Assembly: GCA_951406725.2 (NCBI GenBank)
Contig: OX597823.1
Coordinates: 64,790,001 to 64,854,000, forward strand
Direction of reading: 5' to 3'
Length of the DNA stretch: 64,000 nt
Origin: Octopus vulgaris
Taxonomy: Eukaryota
Each line of letters opens with the position of its first letter. The first letter of the stretch is position 1. Shown one piece after another: positions 38,928 through 52,930 of this stretch. Below the pieces are notes generated by a model. The model saw only the letters and a list, made by a program, of their open reading frames with translations. It was not told the DNA's origin and did not search any database. The translations under genes were made by a program, and so were the position numbers.

Positions 38928-40086
38928 CGTATGTGTCCAAGTGTTAGTATGTATATGGATGTATATGTGAAGGACCATGCATGTGTACATAAGGGCTGGT
39001 TCTTAAAGGTCAGCTAAAGACAATTGCATATGTAACCAACCATGAAGAACTAATCAACAGTACAAAGAAATCAAATGCCAATCCCTTTAAAATAACAAGC
39101 ATTTTAACTGTAGCAGAATCACCATTCCATTACATCTACACATTCAAATTAGTCTGCCAATGACCCTTCAGCAACAACACATTTTGATAAATTTAGAGGC
39201 TACTACTAACTTCAGGTCATGACAGAGAGGATGCTCTTGAAGCCAAGAATTTGAACTTACGGAAACAATATTTACATATTGCCCGAGGAAAAATAACTAG
39301 ATCTCATGATGCAGGGAAACGGTTGCTTAATCAAGTACCAGCACACCTGGTGAACTATGTTGCATAGAAACAATTATAGTGATTGAAAATATATGTCCAA
39401 CTGTACTCCTTGTTGACTGAAAACTTTTTCACTTATATATGTTTGTGTGTGTGTGAGTGTGTGTGTGTGTGTGTTTAGAAGGTTGTTTGTTATGATGGGT
39501 CAGAGGGTGACCCTTGGCTTTGCACCTATAAAACACTTAGCTGAGCATATGTGTATATATATACATGTGTGTCGAGATATACATGTCTACATCTTTATTG
39601 GTGTGCATTTGCGCTTTTTATAGGTGTATGTATATATTAATGGGAATTTGTGTATACCTGAATGCAAACATGTGTTTATATGTTTACGTGTGTGTGTATG
39701 TGTATGTATGTGCATTTATGTATTTACTTATGTGGATACACGTATATTTACGTATACGTGCATATATTTATGTATATTTATGTACACATGTATACGTATA
39801 CATGTGTGTACATAATCTGAACTCACGACTGTTAAAAAGATAAAGGATTAAGCTGGGTCTTGATCAGCTTGGCAAAGGGGTCTGATGTTGAAAAACTCAA
39901 TGTGTGTATATTTATGTACACACATGTGTACCTGCATACGAGTTCCTATACACACACAGATATATATGTATGTGTTCGTCCATATGTGTGTGTATGTGCA
40001 TGTATCTAGTTGTATGTATATGCCCATATACTTGGATGTGCATGAGTAAGTGTGTATGTATAAGTGCATATATATCTATATACAGA

Positions 40087-40317
40087 AGGCGGTGAGCTGG
40101 CAGAAACGTTAGAACGCCGGGCAAAATGCGTAGCCGTATTTCGTCTGCTGTTACGTTCTGAGTTCAAATTCCGCCGAGATCGACTTTGCCTTTCATCCTT
40201 TTGGGGTCGATAAATAAAGTACCAGTTACGCACTGGGGTCGATTTAATCGACTTAATCCCTTTGTCTGTCCTTGTTTGTCCTCTCTATGTTTAGCCCCTT
40301 GTGGGCAGTAAAGGAAT
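40087..40317 (+). mobile_element. SINE family A
   Basis: Near-consensus copy; TSD atatatatctatataca. Confidence 0.9.
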
Positions 40318-40636
40318 ATATATCTATATACATATACATATATCTGAGTATGTATATGTGCGTCTAAGCACGAATACAAAAAAAATTTTCATCTAAGTAT
40401 TATCTTCCTTTCAGCTTCTACTTCCTTTTCTTTCTCTTAACAGTTACAACAGTGAAGGCTCATTAAATCATTTTCTCTAAACTGGAATGTATAATTTTCA
40501 TGTTCATATTTGAATTTTTCACATTTCAATTTTTCTCTGTATTTTTCTCATTGCCAAAGTTGACGGACTTATAGCGATATGTAAAACTGAATCAGAAAAT
40601 CTCTAGATAGACTTTATATTTTTTATATTTATTTAT

Positions 40637-40676
40637 GTACCCAAAGAGACCCAGAATGGGTTGAAATATGTCATAC
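40637..40676 (+). ncRNA. Decayed minimal type I hammerhead
   Basis: gtac-CCAAAGA-gaccc-agaat-gggtt-GAAAT-at-GTC-atac; all deviations from the canonical motif are transitions. Confidence 0.5.
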
Positions 40677-40783
40677 TAAATAAAACCTTTTACTCGTTCC
40701 ATCCATCTATTTTATTAATAATACATATATTTATATATATATATATATATATACATACATATATATATATATATATGTATATA

Positions 40784-40836
<53 letters not shown>

Positions 40837-40929
40837 TGTGTGTGTGCATAAAGATAGAGATATATATTGAGAGAGGGAGAAAAGAGAGAGAGAGAGAGAA
40901 AGAGAGAAAGAGAGAGAAATAGATAGAAA

Positions 40930-41128
40930 TACAGGCCTGAAATTTGGGGGAGGGGGACTAGTTGATTACATTGACTCCAGCATTCAACTTGTACTTATTT
41001 CATTGACCTGGAAATGATGAAGGGCAAAGTCGCCCTTAGCAGAATTTGAACTCAGAATGTAGTGGCAGATGAAATGCTACTAAGTATCTCATCCAGCATG
41101 CTACCAATTCTGCCAGCTTGCCGACTTA
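40930..41128 (-). mobile_element. SINE family A, alternative-tail subfamily
   Basis: Reverse copy: ggcaaagtcg..aatttgaactcagaa..ttctgccagct. Confidence 0.75.
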
Positions 41129-41789
41129 ATAACAACAACAACAACAACAACAATAATAAAGTAATGATAATAATGGCAGCAACACCAACAACAGTTATAG
41201 AAATGAAAGCCCATGAAAAAGTGGTTCTTAAGGAACCTTTGTATGCAAACCAAAAGGGAAATTAATTGCAAACAAATCCTCTTCGAACCATACTTTAGTA
41301 TCATAAAACATAACTGTCAATAATCTCTCTGAGAAATAAAGAAAACAAAAGGACAGAATGGTTATGGCTGGAATATGTAGGTCTGTACTATCGGCCACAA
41401 CCATATGTGATGAATGGTTTTATTCAAAGAATAAAAGTGTTGACACACTTCAGTTTATATTTCTCATCAGATTCATACTGAAACTGGCTGATATCAGCTT
41501 AGAATATCTGGGTAGTGTTTTTACTAGCATAACCAGTAAAGGAAAATATATCTTTTACTGATGAGCTCATTACGAGATTGAAACATTCTTGGAGTTGTCT
41601 CCCATTTATATCACATTTTGTGAAAAATAATATCATTGTTTACAGTTTTTCAAAGGGCTAATCATTATGGTGAGATTGATGTAGAGATATTTGAGCAACT
41701 AGCACTGAACTAATATAATTTTTTGTTTCTTTTTTTCATTAAAAGGTACAAAAATATCTTATACTTTTTGCTTATGTTTACATTTACAT

Positions 41790-42000
41790 TCTTTTCTACT
41801 ATAGGCACAAGACCCAACATTTTTGGGGAGGGTTCCAGTCAATTATGTCGACCCCAGTAAGCAATTGGTACTTAATTTATTGACCCCGAAAGAATGAAAG
41901 GCAAAGTCGACCTTGGCAGAGTTTGGACTCAGAACGTAAAGACATGAAATACTACTAAACATTTTGCCTAATGTACTAACGTTTCTGCCAGCTCACCACT
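41790..42000 (-). mobile_element. SINE family A, alternative-tail subfamily
   Basis: Reverse copy: ggtacttaatttattgaccccgaaag..ggcaaagtcgacc..gtttctgccagctcacc. Confidence 0.8.
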
Positions 42001-43364
42001 TTGTTTACATATACACTGGCAAAAGATATATTGTAAAGTGGTTGGTGTTAGGAAAGGAATCCAATGGCAAAACCATGCTGAAACAGCAGTCATCTGGCTT
42101 GCCAGTCATCTGGCTTGCCAGCTCCTGCGAAAATGTCCGAACCATGTCAGCATGGAAGACAGATGTTAAATGACGATGATGATGATTTTGATTTTAATGT
42201 TGATGATAAATGACAGGCATTCATATAATTTCCATCTGTCCCATTCCACTCATCCAACTTTGGAAGAAACTACTTGCTCAATAAATTCTGCACAGTAAAT
42301 TCAAACCTGGAACACGTAATAAACCAAACTTCCTAACCACACAGCTATTCTTGCACTCCTATATAAGTACTGGAGTAATTATTGAACTAGAATCTGTTTA
42401 GTGACTAATGTTGTTATCCTGTTTTTCAGCACCAAATAATTATTTCTAGTTTGTTTTATAATGCGCCATGTATTATATATATATATATATATATATATTA
42501 ACTCTAAGTTAAAATGTAATCTTTTTAAAATGGTAAAAGTGAAGATAAAAGAATATATTTTGAATTGTGAATGCAATTTTATTTAATTTTATTCTCTTTT
42601 TTTTCTGTCTCAAATCTTGACTTTCTTGTTAATACATTTTTATCTCTACAGATAAATCAGAATATATCACTTGATGCCATTCTTTAAATAAATTATGATT
42701 TAATTAGTTATTTTACAAAGGATAAATAAAGATAAATAAAAAAAAAAAAAAGAATAACAAAAATACTTTCTGATTAAGTTAAGACATTTGAAAATTAGCA
42801 TAAGACAATTTAAAATTTTCTACTACATAAAATATTAGCATTCAGGTTTTTGTGATTTTCTTTTCGCTATTTATTATTATTTCGAGGGAGAAGATTAAGT
42901 TAGTATTTGTATTATTGCAAATATTTTATCAAAGCTATAAAACAAACAAACAAACAAACAAACAAATGAATAAATGAATAAAAACTTTCTCTTCTGAGTT
43001 GCACAGTCTTTAATGGGGAGATGGGTGTGGTTAGGTTTCTTTTAAATTCATTACACCAAAGTAACCGGTATAACTAACAGAATTTGTTTTTAATAAACCA
43101 AATTATCTCTGGTTGTCATTTTCACTCAACAAACCTGTCAAACAAAATATATTCTATTAATGTTTCAGTCTTCTGTCTTTCTCTTCATTATCTATGTTAT
43201 ATGTTAATTCTATACTTACGTACTGGGATGTATTTATCTAACATTATATACAGAGAAAAAGCTTAGTTTACAGATTACTACATATAACTAAGTGAATGTG
43301 CAAACATAAACATACACACACATATATACATATGAATGTATGTATTTTTTGTCTTCATCGTTCA

Positions 43365-43810
43365 CTCGCTTCAGTCATTGGACTGTGGCCATGCTGGAGT
43401 ACCACCTTGAAGGGTTTTAGCTGAATGAGTGAAATCCAGTACTTATATATATGTTTTTTATTTTAAAGCCTGGTATTGATTCTATCAGTTTCTAATGATG
43501 AACATCTAATTTACAGGAACATAAACAAACTAACACCGATTGTCAAGTGGGGGATGGGAGATAAACATAGACATGCACACAAACATACACATATATATAT
43601 ATAATGACACATATACACACATATGGATGCACGCATATGTACTACTTGCTTCTGTCAGTTTCTGTTTACTAAATTTGTTCAGAAGGCTTTGGTTGTCCTG
43701 AGTCTGTAACAGAAAAAAAAAAAAACTATTGTCCAAGGTACCATGCTGTGAGACTGAACCTGGAATTATGTGGTTAGGAAGGAAACTTCTTACCGCACAA
43801 CTATGCCTTT
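43365..43810 (-). mobile_element. SINE family B, diverged
   Basis: cagtcatt.gactgtggccatgctggag..gactgaacctgga..cttcttaccgcac. Confidence 0.75.
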
Positions 43811-43979
43811 GCATATGTACACAAATGTACAAATTTATATTTTTTAATTGGTAAAATTAAGGACAAAAATTGTATATACTTGTGTATTGAGTTCAATTTC
43901 TCTGCACATATAATATATAGTCATTTAAGAATCCATAAACCAGAAAAAATAGGCACTTGTATATTTGTCAATAACATGA

Positions 43980-44272
43980 GTATATTACCCAAAGTATACA
44001 GTATTATAGATCCATTTCAGCTGATCTTACCAATTGGTTTTGCATTGAGTATTAAACGACTAGATATTAGATAATAGTGTGGTCATCTATAACCATATGG
44101 TCTTCGGAGATGACAGGTATGGAAAAAAATATTAAGACCATTCCTGCCATCTCTGAAGACCTCATGGTTTTAGATAACTACCCTCTTATCTACTATCTAG
44201 TTATTCCTAGTGTGAAACTGACTGGCAAAATCAGTTGAAATGGGTCTATAATACTATATACCTTAAGATATA
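43980..44272. repeat. Imperfect ~290-bp palindrome (foldback/MITE-like)
   Basis: agtattatagatccatttcagctgat / atcagttgaaatgggtctataatact; gtcttcggagatgacagg / cctgccatctctgaagac; ~15-nt loop near 44125-44137. Confidence 0.85.
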
Positions 44273-44284
44273 TATATGTATGTA

Positions 44285-44315
<31 letters not shown>

Positions 44316-44892
44316 GTATATACACTTACGTACATATACATATATATGTGTGTGTATGTATATATATGTGTATAAATGCATACATATGTGTGTGTGTGCA
44401 TCTGTGTGTATATATACCTTATTGTTTGTTTAACGTGATTTCTCATGCTAACATAACTTAGACAGAAATTAATTTAGGGCCTGAATTTTATGGGTGGGTG
44501 CCCTTTTTGTTGCCAACCCTTACCTGTTACTCATGTAAATTTTTATTCCATGGGCCTTTGACAGCACACAGTGATGTGTTATAAGGTCATCAAAAACTGC
44601 CAACGTAAGTACCACTTCACATACCAGGTTGAGGTTGAGTTGATGGTATATGGCCACCTTGAGAATAAGCAACTCCTATATCATAAGAAGAAGATGGATA
44701 TCTTCCAGATTACAAAATCCAATGAAATGCCTGAATGGATTGGATTGGACTGGATTACCTATGTTCAGTCCACTTCAGGACAAAGGCTTCCACATTTTTC
44801 TGTCCATGAACCTAGATCTGATGTGAAGACCATGAATTTGAACTTCAGATCTTACTAGTTTGATGAACCCTACTCTGCCACACTGGCTTGAA

Positions 44893-45070
44893 AGAGGAGC
44901 AAGCTGGCAGAAATGTTAGCATATCAGGAAAATGCTTAGTGGTGTTTCATCCATTCTTATGTTCTGAGTTCAAATTCTGCTGAGGTCGACTTTGCCTTTT
45001 ATCCTTTCAGGGTTGATTAAATAAGTATCAGTTGAGCACTGGGGTTGATGTAATCGATTTAACTACCCCT
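44893..45070 (+). mobile_element. SINE family A, 3'-truncated
   Basis: agctggcagaaatgttagc..gttctgagttcaaattc..gtcgactttgcc. Confidence 0.8.
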
Positions 45071-46769
45071 TGGTAAGAGCATATAAATTGCCTGAATAGA
45101 AATCATCCCACTTTCTAATTCAATACTGGGCTGGTCAGTGTCTGTCTTATGAAAAAAAAAAAAAACCCAAGACCAATGAGGTTGGAAAAGCTTAGTTTAA
45201 GCAAAAATTTCAGGGCTTTAATGCCAGAAATGTTGTGGGAATGGTTTCACTTATTTTAGATTACATTATTTAATATGGGTTTTACAATTTTAAAAGTGTG
45301 TTTTGAGAGAAATTTGACTGCTATTTCTAACTGTTTAAGTGACTCCATTTATCAGCTTATAGATTAAATGTTAGTACTGATAGTTGAATTCTTGCTGGCC
45401 TGAGATAAAATATTTAAATGGCTTCTCTTCATTACATCCAGTGCTTTTGGCTGACTTAAACATAACAACACTGTGCTTGATGCTTCACTTCTATTATTCA
45501 GCATAGTGATATGATATCTATTTATAGCTAAGTGGACTTAGACCAACACAGTTAACTTGTCTTTGACAGAAATATCAGTGTCAATGGTGCAGTATGATGT
45601 GTCAGCAATTTGATAAATAATCTAACTGTACACTAAGAACCACCTACCTAGAAGAGTCTACATATTACAAGCTAGAGTATACTAATCCAAATATATATAA
45701 GTGCACTGAAGTTGTAACGATATGGTAAAACTAAAAGATTTACGATACATTCTTGTATAATGAAATACAATTATTGAAAGATTTATTACATTCTGAGTGT
45801 AATATAACTTAGCACAATAAACTTACAGTATCAGTATGTGTCCATATAGTTTGTTTTATTCCCAAATATATTTTGATATGTAACAAATCCATTGGACAAA
45901 TTCTGTTGGTAGCTGTAATTAAATCAGTTTGCTATTGAACAAGTAAACAATGTTTTGTAGTTCATTCTGAAACTGAATCTGGTTTTATTTCTGTCCTGCC
46001 TTATTTTTTACTGTAATGAATGTATGAATGTGTGAATTCTACAAGATCTCTGTGATTTATAGACTGTAAACTTTAATACTGGTGAATGTTGTTTACCTAA
46101 TTTATTTGAGATGTAAATATATATGTTTCATGTTAGAAAAATAACTGAAAATGCATGGCTCATCATTAATTGGATCATGAGAATACCACTAAAGCAGGGG
46201 TAAACTATAGATGGTGGGCAACTGAGGTGACTTTGGTGGACATCAGCTCAATTGTTAAAAATTTTAAAGCAGTGCATTCTTGATTACGCCTCTTCACTTG
46301 ACACCAATCCTTTTATGACCAGCGAGGATATATATGTCCATATCTTAAGACGGCACTTTATGCATCATCATCCTCATTCCCATCATCATCATCATCATCA
46401 TCATCACCATGTGATGGTTATTGTCAAACTACATGGTGTATAGCAGTGGGGTGTGGAAATATTTAGGGAGCCCAAACATTTTGGTAACACGTCATGCCAT
46501 CCAGCACACTTTCAAATGATGCATACATGCATATGTACAAACGTACATACATACATTCATACATACATATATGCACATATATATATTTATAATAAATAAT
46601 AAATAATATAATATATATATACATGCATATATGGGTACAGGATGTCACCAATGGTGCAAATAACATGAAATATGTAAACAATGAGAAAAAATGGAAAACA
46701 GGACAAATTAACACTGAAAAGGGACCCTTCATCAATTGTCAGCTGTCATTAGAATGAATCACCCTCAGT

Positions 46770-47060
46770 ACCTTTTTTTTAAAGCCTGGTACTTATTTTA
46801 TTAGTCGCTTTTTGTCAAACCGCTAAGTTCTGGAATGCAAACAGACCAACACTGTCATGCAGTAGTGGGTGACAAACAAAGGCACAAAGACACACACACA
46901 CAACAAGTTTCTCTAAGTTTTTGTCACCCAAATCCACTCACAAAGCTTTGGTCAAGCCGAGGCTATAGCTGTAGTGGAAGACACTTGTCCAAGGTGCCAT
47001 GCAGTGGGACTGAACCTGGAGGCACGCGTTTGGGAAGCAAGCTTCTAACCACACAGCCAC
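46770..47060 (-). mobile_element. SINE family B
   Basis: aagcctggtacttatt..agacacttgtccaaggtgccatgcagtgggactgaacc. Confidence 0.8.
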
Positions 47061-47289
47061 ACAAATATATTTATATGTGTGCAACATGGTGGTGGTGGTT
47101 GAGGCCGACCCCTGCTTGCAATATATATCGGATGTAGATCTCATTGAATAATCAGCTGGAGGAGGTGACCTCCTGTGGTTAAAAATGGTAGTAACATCAG
47201 CCATGTTGAAGTGGCGATAAACATTACTTCCCAGTATAGTTACTACTTTCATCACTTATAGAGATTTCCTAACTACCTACTTCAATTTA

Positions 47290-47369
<80 letters not shown>

Positions 47370-48019
47370 TACATGTATATATATATATATACATGTATAT
47401 ATATATATGTATCTGTGTGTATGTATTTTTATATGTATGTACGTATATGTGTATATATCTGTGTGTGTGTGTATATGTGTGTATTTATGTATGTATCTAT
47501 GTCCATTTATATGTATGTATATTATGTATATATCGATGGCTTAATGTATTGTGTATTCAGTGTAAAGATTTGAAATAAATGACTATGAGGTGTAGTAAAA
47601 TACAGCTGTTGTCCTCAAGAGTACCGCATAAACAAAGAATAAAAAGCAACAAGGTGAACTATGGAATACAATTCCAGAAAATAGTAATGGAAGAACTACG
47701 TTAACAAGATATAAAACTTTTTGTTTTATATTGTGTTATGGTGTTTTAAAGCCATAAAATAGTGTGTTCATTGCTGTGGCTCTTCCTACAACTGTTATGC
47801 CAGTTCTTGCATGTGGTTGCAAAGCACAAGTTGCACAGTAAACAGTGCTTGACTGTAGTACTAGATGAAATCACAAAAGTATGAGAGAGCGGCAATACAT
47901 TGTAAGGACTAAACAAAATATACCTTGGGCTTCGGTATGATTTGAGTGAGGTTTGGTAACTTTTTTAATCGTGTTAACCTAGCGTGGAGTGGTAAAAAAA
48001 ACAAAAAAACTTAAGTTAC

Positions 48020-48365
48020 CTTCTTGAATCATGCAGATTTATAAGGGCCAATTTCCTGGTTTCATGGTGTATATATTCCCCACCTGGATAGGATGCCAGG
48101 CCATCACAGGATTACTCACTTTTGCTAGCTAAGTGTACTGGAGTGACTTGAACGATGTGAAATAAAGGGTTTTGGTCAAGAATTCCCAAATAGCTTGATG
48201 GAAGTACTGTGTCAGGGATCAAGTTGTGAATGTGTGGCAAAAGACTTTGATACCTTTATCATCATCATCATCATCATCATTTAGCACCCAGTCCAGGAAT
48301 TGAAACCACAGTCTTACAATCATGAGTCCAACACCCTAACCACTAAGCCATGCACCTAACCACTA
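48020..48365 (-). mobile_element. SINE family C containing a templated insertion
   Basis: ccaggaattgaaaccacagtcttacaatcatga..ccctaaccactaagccatgc; foreign block at 48182-48289. Confidence 0.75.
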
Positions 48366-49103
48366 AGTAACATGTAGTGGCTTCCTCATTGGCTCATACA
48401 TTCATAGTATGTAAACATAAAGCTGAAGGGGTGTGATTTCAAGGATATTTGCCTGGTGTTTCTGACAGATCAAGTTACCATTATCCAATATGGTATCAAC
48501 AAAAAAAAACAGTAAACGAAATAGAACAATCTAGAAAGAAAGACAAGCAACATTCCCAAATAGAGTCATGGCCTAAAATATAAACTTTTAATAGGTAGAT
48601 GGAAGTACAGTGCCAGGTATCAAGTTGTGGATGTGTGGCAAATACTTTGATACCTTCATCATTATCATCATTTAGCATCCACTTTCCATGCTGGCATGGG
48701 CTAGACAGTTTGACTGGAACTGGTAAGTCTGATTTGGCTTGGTTTCTTCAGCCAGATGCCCTTTCAAATGCCAACCACTCCAAGAGTGTAGTGGGTGCTT
48801 TTATGTGTTACCAGCACGGGTACCTTTCACATGTCCCCAGTACCAGCCATGGCTGTGATCTCACTTGGCTAAACAAATCTTCTCAAGCATTATATATAAT
48901 TTATTTATTACAAAGTAATAATGAAACAAAGTGAATACAACAGTGTAAAACATTGTGTTCTAGGTTATATAATCGTTCTTAGATCATAGATCTATCATAA
49001 TCTTACAGGGTCAATAGGCTGAAGCTTATCCTAATGCCTATAAGTTATTAGCTACCAAGAATACAATATTATTTTCCGAATGGGATACCAAACCATCTCA
49101 GAA

Positions 49104-49321
49104 TTAACCTTTCAGTATTCAGATCACTCTGTCAAATTTATTCACATTGTTTTGAATTAATTATGCATTATCTTGTAGCTTTGATATTTCTCTGATGTGA
49201 TTGTTTATTTTTAGAATGACATTGTAGGGAAGGTGGGAAAGGCTGGATCTAGTTGGTTTGCTTGTAAAACAGGTAGAATATCTTGATCAGGAAATGGTCA
49301 CTTTAAATGATAAATGGTTAA
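49104..49321. mobile_element. piggyBac-type MITE
   Basis: TTAA at both ends with degenerate TIRs ttaacctttcagtatt / aatgataaatggttaa. Confidence 0.5.
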
Positions 49322-49337
49322 GCCCCAGCTGTTACTT

Positions 49338-49553
49338 ATTTCTTTATTGCCCACAAGGGGCTAAACATAGAGGGGACAAACAAAAGGATTAAGTCAATTA
49401 GATTAACCCCCAGCGCGTAACTAGGACTTAATTTATCAACCCTGAAAGGATAAGTTGATCCTGGTGGAATTTGGACTCAGAATGTAACGGCAGACGAAAT
49501 ACCGCTAAGCATTTCGCCCAGCCTGCTAATGTTTTTGCCAGCTCGCCACCTTA
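49338..49553 (-). mobile_element. SINE family A
   Basis: 18-bp TSD aagccccagctgttactt on both sides. Confidence 0.9.
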
Positions 49554-51113
49554 AAGCCCCAGCTGTTACTTGTACACATAGAAGAGTGAGCTGGAGCAGT
49601 GTAAAATGAAACTGTTCTGCTCTGGAGCAAAATGTGCTGCCTGATCAAGGAACTGAAAGCATGACCTCATCATCATGAATCAAGCTCTAGGCCATGCACT
49701 TTTACTATTCTTACTTTGATGTATTTTTAAAAAATTATTATTTTTTTGCCTTGGGCCCTAAACTCATAATGGAATCATAGAGAACTACTATTGTTTTTAT
49801 GCTCCATTTCATAATTATTTTAAGTTTGCATTTTGATGCTGTGTCCATTAAATGTATTAACATTAGCTTTAGTCTATTATACTGATAAGCACCAAAAGAT
49901 ATATCTGAAAAGATAAATCATCAGAAGCCAAACTAGTAGAGTTTTTTTAATTTCATTTTTAGTTTTTTAATGTACCATAAAGATGAAAAATAAAAAAATC
50001 TTAAGAAACAGGAAGAACACACGGGAAACATAAACTACGTATTTTCAAAAACTTTTTTTCTTCATCTCACAAGAGTAAATTCTTTGAATAAGATGAATAT
50101 GATCTTCAAAAAATGAACTACTTTCCCTAAAAAATTAGATTATATATATATTATGTGGTTGTTGACATTTATGGTTCTTAATACGTATTCAGTTTTGAAC
50201 TTAGAACCATTATGTGAGTTTAGAAAGCACTTTATTTGGAAAGAGGATGAGAGAGAAGGTGGAGGGAGTGATGGCTATAGACGTAAAATGAAGCAATAGT
50301 TGATATAATTTGAAGCGATAAAGCTAACATTTTGTTTAAATGAAAGATCATTGGACCTACCTGAGAGTCATTTTAGTGGTTATGTCATCTGCTGGAAACA
50401 ACAGCTGAATTACCCTCACATCATATTCTCAATCTTAAAAAAAGCACAAATTAGGCAGTGCTGAGTTGGATATGTACAAAAAATGAGATTGTCGCAACTG
50501 GAATGGGGTGCTTTAGATCTTAGGTCTACTTGAATTGGGTTGGTTTTGGAGTTAAATAAAATAAACTACAACAAAAACAAGGGCAACAGTTATAAAAACA
50601 ACAATATTGGAGGGAGAGTTGACAGAACTAGGTTTTAGCATTCTATGATCTACTCCAGATAGAGGAAAACTGATGACAACCCACCCAATTATATACACGT
50701 GTACACACATACTCACACATGCACAAACACATATTCCTACATTTATGTATACATACATATATGAATATATGTACCTTTGTATGTGTGTGTATGTATATAT
50801 ATATATATATATATTCTCTTTTACTCTTTTACTCTTTTACTTGTTTCAGTCATTTGACTGCGGCCATGCTGGGGAACCGCCTTTAGTCGAGCAAATCAAC
50901 GCCGGGACTTATTCTTTGTAAGCCCAGTACTTATTCTAGCATCATTGGCAATTTTCTTTCACCGTCTTCCCTTCTTTTTTTTATATTTTTGATGAAGAGC
51001 TCTGCTCAAAAAGTGAAATCCTCTTTCTTTTCTTTCCTTTCCTGAGCATCCAATAACAGTACTTGTTCCACATCCTCGTGTTGTTTTTCTTGCTTGTTCT
51101 TGTTTGGATTGAT

Positions 51114-51145
<32 letters not shown>

Positions 51146-51214
51146 CATAAATAATAAATATTATTGTTAATCAGTAATAATGATATAAGTAGCTAGCAGC
51201 TGCAAATCATTAGT

Positions 51215-51927
51215 TGACATCTGCTCTTCTCCCCATTCTCGTGAACTCATTTCATCCATTAGGGATAGACTTGTGATGGGTGACGAAAGATGGATCTTCT
51301 ATCGAAATGTTAAACGTAACCAGTGACTTGGTAAAAGGGAAAAAGCTCAACCACAACCGGGAAGGGAACTTCATGGGAAAAAGGTTCTTCTCTCTATCTG
51401 GTAGGATTGCAAAGGAGTAATTCACTTTGAATTGTTGGACCTAATGCAACAATCAATGCTCAAGTCTACTGTCAGCAATTAGAGTGTTTGAACCAAGCTT
51501 TGAAGAAAAAAAGACCAGCTTTAGTGAATCAAAAAGGAGTGATGTTTCATCAGGACAATGCATGACCCCACACTGCAAAGATCCCATCACAGAAGATCAA
51601 AGAGCTTGGTTGGGAAAAAATTCCTCATCTACCTTATTCTCCTGACCTCGATCCTTCAGACTACCATTTGTTTCGTAGTTTACAGAATCATTTGGGGGAC
51701 ATAACTTTCGCAAGCCAGGTAGAGATTGAAACTGACATTTCAGAGTTCTTTGCTTTGAAACCAAAAGAGTTTTAGATTGTTGGGACTAAAAAACTTGTAA
51801 ATAGATGGAAGGAAGTCATAGATAATCAGGGAAAGTACATTGATGATAAAATTTCAATTAAATATAACATTTGATCACTTGTTTTCTTTATTCAAAATTC
51901 GGACAGAACTTATGGGATGACCTGATA
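51215..51927 (+). mobile_element. mariner (DD34D-type) transposase pseudogene with 3' TIR
   Basis: DRLVMGDERWIFY, LHGKKVLLSIW*DCKGVIHFELL, FHQDNA*PHTA, PYSPDLDPSDYHLFRSLQNHL; TIR cagaacttatgggatgacctga followed by TA. Confidence 0.9.
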
Positions 51928-51933
51928 TGTGAG

Positions 51934-51978
<45 letters not shown>

Positions 51979-52084
51979 GGCAAATCAAAAATGAAAATAA
52001 AAGCAGAACAACAAAAGTCAATAGGACATACACAATGAATGTATTAGGTTGATGCTTAATACAAAATAGAAAAAAGAGTTTGCT

Positions 52085-52117
52085 GCAATATTTCAAGCAT
52101 AGCTCTTCATCAGAAAG
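52085..52117 (-). ncRNA. Decayed minimal hammerhead motif
   Basis: Reverse complement cttt-CTGATGAA-gagc-tat-gctt-GAAAT-att; same architecture as 54728-54762, stem I broken. Confidence 0.45.
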
Positions 52118-52299
52118 TGAAAAAGTCGAGAGAGAAGGAAAGCATGTGTGTGGTGAAATGGTGATGACGTGGAGGTGTAGGGAGGAGTGATGGAGGGGAA
52201 GTAAAAGAAAGAGTAGAGTAAGGAAGAAGAAGGGAAGAAGAAAAAGAGAAGTGAAGTGAAGTGAAGTGAAAGCCTTGTGGATGATGTGTATATATATTC

Positions 52300-52930
52300 T
52301 TTTATCATTTTACTTGTTTTAAGGCAGTGAGCTGGCAGAAATGTTAGCACACCAGGCGAAATGCTTAGTGGTATTTTGTCTGTCTTTACATTCTGAGTTC
52401 AAATTCCACCGAAGTTGACATTGCCTTTCATCCTTTCGGGGTCGATAAATTAAGTACTAGTTGTGTACTGGGGGTTGATCTAATTGACTGGCCCCCTCCC
52501 CCAAAATTTTGGGTCTTGTGCCAAGAGTAGAAAAGATTATTCTACTTGTTTCAGTCATTTGACTGCAACCATGCTGGAGCACTGCTTTAGTCAAACAAAT
52601 TGACTGCAGGATTTATTCTTTGTAAGCCTAGTACTTATTCTGTTGGACTCTTTTGCCAAACCACTAAGTTACGGAGACATAAACACACCAGCATTGGTTG
52701 TCAAGCAATGTTGGGGGGCCAAACACAAATACACAAACATACACACACACGCACACACACATGAATGTTTATATACGATGGGCTTCTTTCAGTTTCCATC
52801 AGCTATGTCCACTCACAGGGCTTTGATTGGCCTGAGGCTATAGAAGACACTTGCCTAGGGTGTTACGCAGCAGGACTGAACCTGGAACCATGTGGCCAGT
52901 AAGCAAGCTACTTACCACACAGCTACTCTT
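52300..52930 (-). mobile_element. SINE family B with a family A copy (52321-52535, + strand) nested in its tail
   Basis: TSD att(t/c)tacttgttt flanks the nested copy. Confidence 0.85.

Noticed and set aside
39214-39367. Open frame GHDREDALEAKNLNLRKQYLHIARGK after ttcag
   Set aside because: Weak pyrimidine tract and no recognisable family; could be a decayed transposon.
41553-41605. ctgatgagctc..gag..gaaac motif
   Set aside because: No stem I partner after the candidate cleavage triplet.
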